Positions 24,901-32,000 are shown, numbered from the stretch's first letter. The stretch is DNA of 32,000 bases from an uncultured Actinomycetota bacterium (GCA_963809515.1 CAWEKA010000020.1:2046-34045), one strand, 5' to 3'. Translations and numbers: made by a program. The notes: generated by a model from the sequence alone, not told the origin.

Positions 24901-27900
24901 GGCATCGAGATTCCCGCATCCCTGTTCTTCGCTCACCCGACGGTGACGGCACTGGCCGAGGGGCTGCTAGCGGTGTGGCTCGACAACTCGTCCGATAAGG
25001 AAAAGCGCCACGTCGCCATTCCTCGGGCGGCCCGGGACGGCGAACTACCCCTTTCGCATGCACAGGAACAGTTGTGGTTTCTGCACGAACTGTTGCCGTC
25101 GTCGAGTGCCTACAACGTGGCCGCGCGGATAGACATCCCGGGCCCCGTGGATCGCCATGTGCTGCAAGTTAGCTTCGACGCGATGATGGCTAGGCACGAG
25201 GTTCTGCGCACGACGTGCCGCAGCGTGGAGGGTGTTCCGCAGGCGGTGCTCGGGACGCCCCAGCCGTTCGATTTGCCGTTCGAGCAGGTGTGTGATGCGG
25301 ATGTTTCCGCGGTCGCAGAGAGGGAAGCAGCTGTCCCCTTCGACATCGCAGAGGGGCCACTGTTGCGAGCCCGGCTCTTGGGGCTCGGCGAGCAACGCCA
25401 CGTGTTGGTGCTGACGATGCATCACATCGTCACCGACGGTTGGTCGTTCCGGGTCCTGCTGCGCGATCTCGGGCTCATCTACCAGGCCCTCGAGCGCGGC
25501 GAGCCGATGCCGCTCACCGACTTGCCGATCCAGTACCAGGACTACGCGCAATGGCAGCGAGATCGACTGCGCGGAGCGGACTTCGACGCGCATCTGGACT
25601 TCTGGCGCAACAATCTCGCTGGCGCACCCCCACTGGAGCTCGACACCGACCGGCCTAGACCGAAGACACCGACCTTTCGCGGTGCGCGGACGCAGTTCGC
25701 ACTTGGGTCCGAACGCGCCACCGCGCTGCGCGGCCTGTGCCGCGCCGAGAAGGTCACGGTATCGGTACCGCTGTTCGCGGCGTTCGCCGCAGTCCTGGCC
25801 CGCTATTCGGGTCAGGATGACGTCGTGGTCGGCACCCTGACCGCGAACCGCACCAGGGTCGAAACCGAAGACTTGATTGGGCTATTCGTCAATGCGCTTC
25901 CTGTGCGGATCCGCCTCGACGGCGATCCCGACGGCACGGAGTTGCTCTCTCGGGTTCGACAGGACATGGTCGAGGTCCTGGCGCACCAGGACGTACCGTT
26001 CGATCTGATCGTCAAGGCGACGGCCCCGGACCGGGACGCCAACCGCAACCCACTGTTCAGCGTTCAGCTCGTCGTGCAGCCCGGGGCGGGCGGCGCTGAA
26101 CTGAGCGGCCTCGGCCTCGAGATCGCCGAGATCGGCACGCATACGGCGAAGCGCGATCTCACATTCACGTTCTTCGACGACGACCTTCTGACCGGGCACG
26201 TCGAGTACGCGGCCGAGCTGTTCGACGCCGTGCGCATCGATCGACTGATCGCCCACTTCCGGGTGGTCCTCGACGCGATGGTGTCCGACCTCGGGCTACG
26301 AGTGTCCGAGCTCCCGATGCTGACCGAACCCGAATCGTCCTACTACCAGCCTATTTCGTCACCACGAGCGACGGCAGCAAGATCGATCTCGGAGCTCTTC
26401 GAGATGACGGTCGACCGGATGCCGGATGCCGTGGCGGTGACCGTGGCCGGCCGATCGCTGACCTACCGAGAACTCGACTCCGCAGCCAACAGACTCGCCC
26501 GGCGGTTGAGAAGTCGAGGTATCGACGTCGGTGCTGCCGTGGCGCTGTGTGTGGACCGAACGGCGGCGATGGCGATCGGCATGCTCGGAATCCTCAAGGC
26601 GGGCGGTGTCTACGTGCCGATCGATCCCTCGTACCCGAAGTGTCGTGTCGACGACATGCTCGCCGAGGCGGGCGCGGTGCTGATGCTCGGCGAGGGCGAC
26701 GTCGACGGTGGGGAATTACACCAGGAGTCTTCGGAACGACTCGAAACCGCAACGGGGCCTGACGCGGTCGCGTACGTCATGTATACCTCCGGGTCGACGG
26801 GTAGGCCGAAGGGGGTCGCGGTCAGCCACGGAAGCGTCGTGGAGTACGCCGAGACATTCGGCCGCGAGGTGGGCATATCCGCCGAGGACGTCTATCTCGA
26901 GACGGCGTCGATGTCGTTCTCATCGTCGATCCGGCAGCTGTTGGTGCCGTTCGCCGTCGGCGCGCAGGTCGTGATCGCCACCACCGAGGAGCGTGGCGAC
27001 CCGGCGGAGCTTCTGTGTCGAATCAGCGAATCAGACGTGACCGTCGCCGATCTCGTCCCCACGATGGTCCGAGGGCTAGTCGACGCAGCGGCGAACGACG
27101 CCGTACCACCGCCGAATCGACTGAGGCTGTTGCTCACCGCGAGTGAGCCGCTGCGGCTCGGTGTGGTGCGCGAGTGGCGTGATCGGTTCGGTAGCGGCGC
27201 CAGGTGGATCAACATGTACGGCCAGACCGAGACCACCGGCATCGTCAGCTTGCACCGGGTCGGTCAGCCAGATGGGGGCGATCAGTGCGTCGTACCGATC
27301 GGGCTTCCCCGTGGCAACGTGTCGATGTACATCCTGGACAAAGCGATGCGGCCCGTTCCGCCGGGTGTGTCCGGCGAACTGTTCATCGCGGGCCCTGCGT
27401 TGGCGCGCGGGTATCTCGGCGATCCGGAACTCACCGCCGAGCGGTTCGTGCGCGCGCCGTGGAATCCCGACGATCGCCTGTACGCCAGCGGCGACGTGGT
27501 ACGGCAGCACTGGGACGGCACGATCGGGTACCGCCACCGCACCGATCGGCAGGTCAAGATTCGCGGTCTGCGCGTGGAACCGGCCGAGATCGACAGGGTG
27601 CTCCTCGAGCATCCGGGGGTGGGCGAGGCCATCACTGTGGTCCAAAGCCCAGACGGGGTAGGGGGCGTGCTCGTCGCCTACTACGCACCGGAGGCGGCGC
27701 CGGTATCGATGCGCGAGTTGCGCACCCACGCGCGGCGCCAACTACCCGAGCACATGGTTCCCGCGGTATTCGTCGCCATGGACGGGTTGCCGCAGACACC
27801 CAATGGGAAGCTCGATCTGGCGGCCCTGCCGGACGTCGCGATCACGCGCGACCAGGACGTTGAGTACGTCGCACCCCGCGGGGATGTCGAAGAGGCGCTG

Positions 27901-29415
27901 GCCTCGATCTGGCGCAGCGCGCTGGACGTCGAGCAGATCGGAGCGGGCGACAACTTCTTTGCGCTTGGTGGGCATTCCCTGCTTGCGGCACAGGTGCGTT
28001 CGCGAATCCGTCAGTACCTCGGGGTCGAACTCCCGCTGAACGTACTGTTCGACGACCAGACGCTGGCCGACCTGGCCCGACGGATCGAGGAGACCGCGAC
28101 GGGCACTGTGGAGGCGCCGCCGCTTCGGCCGGCGTCTCGCACCCAGGAGCTGCCCGCTTCCCATGCGCAGGAAGCGATGTGGCGCGCCGAACGGGACGAC
28201 CCCGGATCCGCCGCGCACTGGATAGACGTGTCGATCAGGATCAACGGGCCGCTGGATGCGGCGGCGATCGTGCGTGGTGTCCAGGACACCGTGGCACGGA
28301 ACGAATTGTTGCGCACGATCTTTCGTCCCTCCGAGGATTCGTCGAGGGTGATGTTGACTCAGGTGATCCTCAAGTCGTACGTGCCCGAGGTCCCGATCCT
28401 GGAAAGCATTCCCGAGGCCGGCCCGACGCCCGACGCACGGGAATGGCGCGACCTCGGCACCCAGCCGCCATTTCGGGCCGACGTCACGCGATTCGACGAA
28501 GACCATCACGCTCTTCGGCTACGCGTCCATCGAATCCTGGTCGATGGGTATTCGATGCGGCTGCTACTGGGCGAGCTCGGCGGACTCGTGGCCAGTTCGA
28601 TGGGTTTCGACGACTTTCCCCTACTGGATGGGCAGTTGCAGTATGCCGACTACGCGGTCTGGGAGCGGTCCTGGCTGACCGGTGACGCGCTGACGAGGCG
28701 TATCGACCACTTCCGCCGTCAGTTCGGCGCTGCGGACCTCCCGCCTGCCCTACCCACCGACCACCCGCGTACCGATCAGCCGCACCGACGCGGACACCAG
28801 TTCGCTTTCGAGTTTCCGCCAGCGGTTGCGGCTGCGGCGCGGGCGCTGGCCGTGCACGAGCATGCGTCGCTGTACTCGGTACTGCTCGCGGCCTTCGCGA
28901 CGGCCTTGGGCACATACGCAGACCAGCGCACGGTCGTCATTGCCGCACCGCTGACCAGACGCACCGATCCGGCGACGCAGCTCATGATCGGGCCGTTCAT
29001 GAACACCGTCCCGCTGCGTATCGACCTCGATGCCGGGACGGAACTGCCCGCGCTCGTCCGAGACGTCAAGACCACAGTGCTCGGTGCGCTTTCGAACCAG
29101 GACGCGCCATGGCACCACGTGCTCGAAGCGCTGACGGAAGAGCACGGCCCGAGTGCGCTCGGCATCGGCGAGGTCGTGTTCCTGATGGACGACCCGGTGC
29201 CAGGGGAACTCGCCGCCGGTGGACTCGCGGTATCCCGCATCCCGGCCGACCCTATCGTCCTACGCCGGGAGCTGACGGTCGCGATGAATACCAGGGACGA
29301 CCAGATCACTGGAACGGTGACATACGATGGAACGCTGTTCGAAGCCCGGTCGATCGCGTCCGTCGTATCGAATTTCATTGCGGCCCTGCATGTATCAGGC
29401 GCCGAAAAAGTCTAG
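21937..29415 (+). CDS. Hybrid type I PKS-NRPS, domain order KS-AT-ACP-C-A-PCP-C
   Basis: The start is GTG 21937 with GGAAG 10 nt upstream; ATG 21961 is an alternative. Motifs, in order:
- KS: 'DTACSSS' (Cys 22465-22467), 'EAHGTGT', 'NIGHLEAASG'.
- AT: 'GQGSQ', 'GHSVGQ' (Ser 23824-23826), 'HAFHS'.
- ACP: 'LGMDSL' (Ser 24856-24858).
- C: 'MHHIVTDGWS'.
- A: 'YTSGSTGRPKG', 'NMYGQTE', 'YASGD', 'RQVKIRGLRVEPAEI', 'PNGKLD'.
- PCP: 'GGHSL' (Ser 27976-27978).
- Terminal C-like domain: 'HRILVDGYS'. Confidence 0.9.
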   Translation: MTATRTFAMLGYALRFPGATDAGEFWQLMADGRDAVSVVPADRWDADEFFDPDPDAPGKMVARRAAFVDDVSGFDAPFFGVSAREAMFMDPQHRLMLETTWSAIEHAGMAPSGLAGTQTGVFMGLSTHEFAGMIVRLSRLEDIDFYSGTGCSAAAGAGRISFRLGLKGPAMIVDTACSSSLVALHQACQALDSGDCDLALVGGVNVILTPIPMINFSRARMLAPDGRCKTFDAAADGYVRGEGCGVVVLKRIDDAVRDCDSIRAVIRGSAVNQDGASGGLTVPNGVAQQQVIATALRRAGVEAADVDYLEAHGTGTSLGDPIEVQAAGAVFGEGRDPDRPLLIGSVKTNIGHLEAASGIAGVIKVALALEHEVLPKHLHFTEPSPYIPWDSLPVRVVDKATPWPRTRRPRIAGVSSFGFSGTNAHVVVEEPPDVDSTTDSAADSGRGEYRLLPLSARTPEALAALASRYRDWMDANPDVTLADICATAGAGRSHFEHRAALVVDSRRRARRLLGALHEDRPAPGLTRGSSSNRPKTAWLFPGQGSQFPGMARTLFEREPVFRETAQRCSDVVDGVLPRSLLEVMFDTGPDGEEALRNTIFAQPALFAVEMALARLWQSWGIEPDVVVGHSVGQYAAACVAGVFGLDDGARLIAERGRLFGSLPAGGRMVAVFADADKVEQCAAGYPRLSVAAYNGASTVLSGPGEDTERAAAALSDAGIRCEWLQTSHAFHSALLDPVLDEFESYANNVEYSPPQLTFVCNRTGEVLTRRSRLDAQYWRRHTRQPVRFADSVATLADLGCAVLMELGPQPILTAAAMQIWPDVAPTPQTIASLRRAIDDRRCLTEALAAAYVSGHRLDFAGRCPRPNRPVDLPTYPFQHRTYWFPAYTAPELNSRARAGASWSGDSEVGLPQSSEPVEAPSVQAEATDWLTKEPPEQRLTRITDVIVAELANALRTSVDEIDPEAEFISLGMDSLTAMDLRRRLQKALGIEIPASLFFAHPTVTALAEGLLAVWLDNSSDKEKRHVAIPRAARDGELPLSHAQEQLWFLHELLPSSSAYNVAARIDIPGPVDRHVLQVSFDAMMARHEVLRTTCRSVEGVPQAVLGTPQPFDLPFEQVCDADVSAVAEREAAVPFDIAEGPLLRARLLGLGEQRHVLVLTMHHIVTDGWSFRVLLRDLGLIYQALERGEPMPLTDLPIQYQDYAQWQRDRLRGADFDAHLDFWRNNLAGAPPLELDTDRPRPKTPTFRGARTQFALGSERATALRGLCRAEKVTVSVPLFAAFAAVLARYSGQDDVVVGTLTANRTRVETEDLIGLFVNALPVRIRLDGDPDGTELLSRVRQDMVEVLAHQDVPFDLIVKATAPDRDANRNPLFSVQLVVQPGAGGAELSGLGLEIAEIGTHTAKRDLTFTFFDDDLLTGHVEYAAELFDAVRIDRLIAHFRVVLDAMVSDLGLRVSELPMLTEPESSYYQPISSPRATAARSISELFEMTVDRMPDAVAVTVAGRSLTYRELDSAANRLARRLRSRGIDVGAAVALCVDRTAAMAIGMLGILKAGGVYVPIDPSYPKCRVDDMLAEAGAVLMLGEGDVDGGELHQESSERLETATGPDAVAYVMYTSGSTGRPKGVAVSHGSVVEYAETFGREVGISAEDVYLETASMSFSSSIRQLLVPFAVGAQVVIATTEERGDPAELLCRISESDVTVADLVPTMVRGLVDAAANDAVPPPNRLRLLLTASEPLRLGVVREWRDRFGSGARWINMYGQTETTGIVSLHRVGQPDGGDQCVVPIGLPRGNVSMYILDKAMRPVPPGVSGELFIAGPALARGYLGDPELTAERFVRAPWNPDDRLYASGDVVRQHWDGTIGYRHRTDRQVKIRGLRVEPAEIDRVLLEHPGVGEAITVVQSPDGVGGVLVAYYAPEAAPVSMRELRTHARRQLPEHMVPAVFVAMDGLPQTPNGKLDLAALPDVAITRDQDVEYVAPRGDVEEALASIWRSALDVEQIGAGDNFFALGGHSLLAAQVRSRIRQYLGVELPLNVLFDDQTLADLARRIEETATGTVEAPPLRPASRTQELPASHAQEAMWRAERDDPGSAAHWIDVSIRINGPLDAAAIVRGVQDTVARNELLRTIFRPSEDSSRVMLTQVILKSYVPEVPILESIPEAGPTPDAREWRDLGTQPPFRADVTRFDEDHHALRLRVHRILVDGYSMRLLLGELGGLVASSMGFDDFPLLDGQLQYADYAVWERSWLTGDALTRRIDHFRRQFGAADLPPALPTDHPRTDQPHRRGHQFAFEFPPAVAAAARALAVHEHASLYSVLLAAFATALGTYADQRTVVIAAPLTRRTDPATQLMIGPFMNTVPLRIDLDAGTELPALVRDVKTTVLGALSNQDAPWHHVLEALTEEHGPSALGIGEVVFLMDDPVPGELAAGGLAVSRIPADPIVLRRELTVAMNTRDDQITGTVTYDGTLFEARSIASVVSNFIAALHVSGAEKV
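21955..23226 (+). other. Ketosynthase domain (catalytically competent Cys-His-His)
   Basis: The Cys in DTACSSS is at 22465-22467, the His in EAHGTGT at 22870-22872, and the His in NIGHLE at 22990-22992. The domain ends near 'GTNAHVVVEE'. Confidence 0.85.
23548..24380 (+). other. Acyltransferase domain, malonyl-CoA-type motifs
   Basis: It has 'FPGQGSQFPGM' and 'GHSVGQ' (not GHSQG), plus 'HAFH' at 24118-24129. HAFH is the motif classically associated with malonyl rather than methylmalonyl (YASH) specificity. Confidence 0.75.
24745..24981 (+). other. Acyl carrier protein domain
   Basis: 'EFISLGMDSLTAMDLRRRL' carries the phosphopantetheinyl Ser at 24856-24858. Confidence 0.8.
25045..26300 (+). 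other. NRPS condensation domain (canonical HHxxxDG)
   Basis: It has the C1 motif 'LSHAQEQLWFL' and the C3 motif 'MHHIVTDGWS' (25417-25446). Confidence 0.8.
26385..27830 (+). other. NRPS adenylation domain with a non-canonical A4 motif (FSSS in place of FDxS)
   Basis: The A3, A5, A7, A8 and A10 motifs are present as listed for the CDS. The A4 region reads 'ASMSFSSSIRQ', with a Ser codon (26920-26922) where the alpha-amino-binding Asp235 normally sits. Confidence 0.75.
27885..28092 (+). other. Peptidyl carrier protein domain
   Basis: 'DNFFALGGHSLLAAQV' carries the phosphopantetheinyl Ser at 27976-27978. Confidence 0.8.
28150..29412 (+). other. C-terminal condensation-like domain with variant active-site motif HRxxxDG
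   Basis: It has a C1-like 'ASHAQEAMW' and a C3 variant 'VHRILVDGYS' (28525-28554). It is the last domain of the protein, and no TE or R domain follows. Confidence 0.7.
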
Positions 29416-29429
29416 GCCGAGGACGACGG

Positions 29430-30563
29430 ATGGACAGTGTCAAGAACGCGGACTTCGAGCACACCGGACCGGGCCAGCCGGCCGGCCATCTGCTGCGGCA
29501 GTGCTGGCAACCGGTCTACCTCGGGGAGGACCTGCCGCCCGGGCGGGCGGTCCCACTGAAGATTCTGCACGAGGAGCTCACGCTCTACCGCGCCGAGGAC
29601 GGCGTCGCGCACGTCATCGCCGGCCGCTGCGCGCATCGAGGTGTGCTGCTTTCGGTCGGCATCGTCGAAGGCGACTGTGTGCGGTGTCGTTACCACGGTT
29701 GGCAGTACGACCAGTCCGGGCAGTGTGTGGACCAGCCAGCTGAGCCGAAGAGCTTTGCCGCCAAGGTGCGGATCGCGAGCTACCCGGTCGAGGAGTACTT
29801 CGGGTTCATCTGGGTGTACCTCGGTGATCCGCCGGTGCCGGAGCTGCCGCGGTGGCCGGAACTGGACGAGTACGGCCGATTTCACATCGTCGAGCTGCGC
29901 AAGTGGAACTACTTCCATGACCTGGAGAACACCGTTGACGACGTGCATCAATTCTGGGTGCACGCGACCGGCGTCTATCAGGACGCCGGCAACGCCGGCG
30001 AGATCCCCGAGATGACGGCGGAGTCAACGGATTTCGGACTCACGCAGTCCAGTCTGTTTGACAACGGATTCGTGCGTCGATTGGCGCTCATCATGCCGAA
30101 CACGCTCTACTTCAATGCCGGCGCGGGTGTGCTGCGCGGCTTCAAGAGCTTTCTCTGGAACGTGCCGGTTGACGACGAGAACCACATGATGTTCTTCCTC
30201 TTCATCGCCGCCCATCTGCCACCCGACGTCGGAGCCATTGTGGCGCAGGGCGTACGGGAGAGCCGCAATTATCTCACCCAACTGAGGCCGGTCGACGAGG
30301 TCGTCCGCGCGGTGCTCAGCGGCCGCGAGCGGTGGGAGGACGTCGAAGACCGACCGGACCGAGTGCTGATCGAGGACGGCATCGTCTTGCTAGGCCAGGG
30401 CGTACTGCCCGATCGGTCGCAGAACCGGCTCGGCAGCTCGGATGCAGCGATCATCATGCTGCGCAGGCTCTATGCGCGCGAACTCGCGGCGATCGAAGCT
30501 GGTCGTCCGCTCACCAAGTTCCCGACACCCGATGCAGCCGCGCTCGCGAGGCTGGACGGTTGA
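29430..30563 (+). CDS. Rieske [2Fe-2S] non-heme iron oxygenase, alpha-subunit-like
   Basis: ATG 29430 has a GAGGA RBS, giving 377 aa. The Rieske motif is 'CAHRG-x14-CRYHGW' (Cys 29628-29630, His 29634-29636, Cys 29685-29687, His 29694-29696). 'DDVHQFWVH' is a candidate mononuclear-iron H-x4-H motif. Confidence 0.85.
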   Translation: MDSVKNADFEHTGPGQPAGHLLRQCWQPVYLGEDLPPGRAVPLKILHEELTLYRAEDGVAHVIAGRCAHRGVLLSVGIVEGDCVRCRYHGWQYDQSGQCVDQPAEPKSFAAKVRIASYPVEEYFGFIWVYLGDPPVPELPRWPELDEYGRFHIVELRKWNYFHDLENTVDDVHQFWVHATGVYQDAGNAGEIPEMTAESTDFGLTQSSLFDNGFVRRLALIMPNTLYFNAGAGVLRGFKSFLWNVPVDDENHMMFFLFIAAHLPPDVGAIVAQGVRESRNYLTQLRPVDEVVRAVLSGRERWEDVEDRPDRVLIEDGIVLLGQGVLPDRSQNRLGSSDAAIIMLRRLYARELAAIEAGRPLTKFPTPDAAALARLDG

Positions 30564-30590
30564 CCACCCCCGACCGAAGGTCACGAGCCC

Positions 30591-30926
30591 ATGACGACAG
30601 TTCAAGATCTGATGGATCGAGCATCTGCGATGATCCGCGATGACCCGGACAAGGCGCGCAAGTTCGGTGGGGTGTGCAAGTTCGCGCTGAGCGGCGAGGG
30701 CGGGCGGACCTTCATCATCGACCTCACCGACGATCCGCGGGTGATCGACGGTGACGGCGACGCGCAGTGCACCATCAGCATGGCGCTACCCGATTTCATC
30801 AATTTGGTGGAGGGCCGAGCCGACCCGCGCGGATTGTTCTTCCTCGGAAGGCTGCGCATCAAGGGTGACTGGAAGCTCGCCATGAAGTTCAAGAAGCTCA
30901 GCGAGATCATGGGTGGCCGAAAGTGA
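30591..30926 (+). CDS. SCP2 (sterol carrier protein 2) domain protein
   Basis: 111 aa. 'FALSGEGGRTFIIDL', 'AQCTISMALPDFINLVEGRADPRGLFFLGRLRIKGDWKLAMKFKKL' matches the SCP2 fold consensus (..DF..L..GK..P..AF..GKLKI.GDM..A.K...). The stop overlaps the next gene's GTG start. Confidence 0.8.
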   Translation: MTTVQDLMDRASAMIRDDPDKARKFGGVCKFALSGEGGRTFIIDLTDDPRVIDGDGDAQCTISMALPDFINLVEGRADPRGLFFLGRLRIKGDWKLAMKFKKLSEIMGGRK

Positions 30927-32000
30927 CCGAGCTTCACGACGAGACGGAGGCGGAACTCGAGACGCTGCGGGCTCGGGTGCGCGAACTCGAGGGCGCAGGC
31001 CAAGGATTCGCCGTCGTCGGCTACGCGGTGCGCTTTCCCGGCGCCCCCGATATCGACGAGTTCTGGAACCTGTTGCAGCAGGGCCGCGATGCGATATCGG
31101 AGGTGCCAGGCGACCGATGGGACGTTGAGGAGTTTTACGATCCCGAACCGGGCGCCGCCGGCAAGATGGTGACCCGACGCGCGGGATTCCTCGACGACGT
31201 AGCGGGTTTCGACGCATCGTTCTTCGGGGTGTCGGCGCGCGAGGCCGTCTTCATGGACCCGCAACATCGGGTGTTGATGGAGACCGCGTGGCGGGCCGTG
31301 GAACACTCGGGCAGTGCACCGTCCGACCTGGCCGGCACCAAGACCGGGGTATTCATGGGGCTGTCCACGCAGGACTACCTCTGTCTGCTGACCAATGCGA
31401 TGAGCCTCGAGGACATCGAGGCCTACCTCGGGATCGGCACGTCGGCCGCCGCGGGTGCCGGCCGGATCAGTTACCGAATGGGGCTGCTGGGTCCCGCGAT
31501 CACGGTCGACACCGCGTGTAGTTCGTCGTTGGTGGCCGTCCACCAGGCGTGCCAGGCGCTGCGGCTGGGGGAGTGTGACATGGCCCTCGCCGGTGGGGTG
31601 AACCTGCTGATCAGCCCCGCGACGATGATCAACTTCTCGCGGGCGCACATGCTGGCTCCGGACGGGCGGTGCAAGACGTTCGACGCGGCCGCCGACGGCT
31701 ACGTCCGCGGTGAGGGCTGTGGCGTCGTCGTGGTGAAGCGGCTGGACGACGCGATCCGCGACGGCGACCGGATACGGGCCGTGATCCGGGGCAGCGCAGT
31801 GAACCAGGACGGCGCATCGGGTGGCCTGACAGTACCGAACGGCACTGCGCAGCAACGGGTCATCGCCGCGGCGCTGCAGAGCGCCGGTGTCGAAGCCTGC
31901 GACGTCGACTACCTGGAGGCGCACGGAACCGGGACATCGCTGGGCGACCCGATCGAAGTGCTGGCCGCAGGTGCGGCGTTCGGCGCGGGACGCGAGGCGA
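30923..32000 (+). CDS. Type I polyketide synthase, N-terminal docking-like helix and KS domain (3' end beyond the window)
   Basis: This ORF is absent from the supplied track because it has no stop inside the window, so I read it directly from the DNA. GTG 30923 overlaps the SCP2 stop (GTGA). The N-terminus reads 'VTELHDETEAELETLRARVRELEG', followed by 'FAVVGYAVRFPG'. 'TVDTACSSSLVAVHQAC' is at codons 31502 onward and 'EAHGTGTSLGDPIE' near 31924. Confidence 0.9.
   Translation, partial: MTELHDETEAELETLRARVRELEGAGQGFAVVGYAVRFPGAPDIDEFWNLLQQGRDAISEVPGDRWDVEEFYDPEPGAAGKMVTRRAGFLDDVAGFDASFFGVSAREAVFMDPQHRVLMETAWRAVEHSGSAPSDLAGTKTGVFMGLSTQDYLCLLTNAMSLEDIEAYLGIGTSAAAGAGRISYRMGLLGPAITVDTACSSSLVAVHQACQALRLGECDMALAGGVNLLISPATMINFSRAHMLAPDGRCKTFDAAADGYVRGEGCGVVVVKRLDDAIRDGDRIRAVIRGSAVNQDGASGGLTVPNGTAQQRVIAAALQSAGVEACDVDYLEAHGTGTSLGDPIEVLAAGAAFGAGREA

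Noticed and set aside
1-32000. A scan for CRISPR arrays, tandem repeats, IS/transposase or integrase genes, phage or defence-system genes, and rRNA or tRNA genes.
   Set aside because: I saw no regularly spaced direct repeats, no terminal inverted repeats flanking a transposase-like ORF, and no nuclease, ATPase, methylase or toxin-antitoxin-like small gene pairs. All large ORFs are accounted for by metabolic, transport and biosynthetic functions.

Overview
High-GC, densely coding, actinobacterial-type chromosome segment. I saw no rRNA or tRNA gene, CRISPR array or recognisable mobile element. All functional calls come from reading motifs in the supplied translations and DNA by eye, with no database search.

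The window has three blocks.

(1) 1-7436, + strand: the 3' part of a NuoF/FdsB-like Fe-S flavoprotein gene, then moeA, then a second moeA fused to a PBP-like oxyanion-binding domain. These are followed by a GntR-type HTH regulator with the same PBP-like domain and a TupABC-like tungstate/molybdate ABC importer.

(2) 7422-12448: a short-chain amide locus. On the - strand an acetamidase/formamidase-family amidase is followed by a UT-family urea/amide channel. An AmiC-like cytoplasmic sensor lies divergent from a MarR regulator, and an FmdB-type zinc-ribbon protein is nearby. A perfect 16+16 nt AT-rich palindrome lies upstream of the amidase.

(3) 12846-32000: a biosynthetic gene cluster arranged around a ~0.7 kb divergent control region.
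- Leftward operon: a PhaB-like SDR, then a KAS III carrying an unrecognised ~290-aa N-terminal domain, then a eukaryote-type multidomain acetyl-CoA carboxylase. The BC-BCCP-central-domain ORF and the carboxyltransferase ORF overlap by 46 nt in different frames.
- Rightward operon: a possible 56-aa upstream ORF, a ~2490-aa hybrid PKS-NRPS (KS-AT-ACP-C-A-PCP-C), a Rieske oxygenase, an SCP2 protein, and the start of a second type I PKS that runs off the window.

Block 3 is the most likely place for undescribed biology. The points of interest are the KAS III fusion, the interrupted eukaryote-like ACC, the adenylation domain lacking the conserved Asp235, and the variant terminal C domain.
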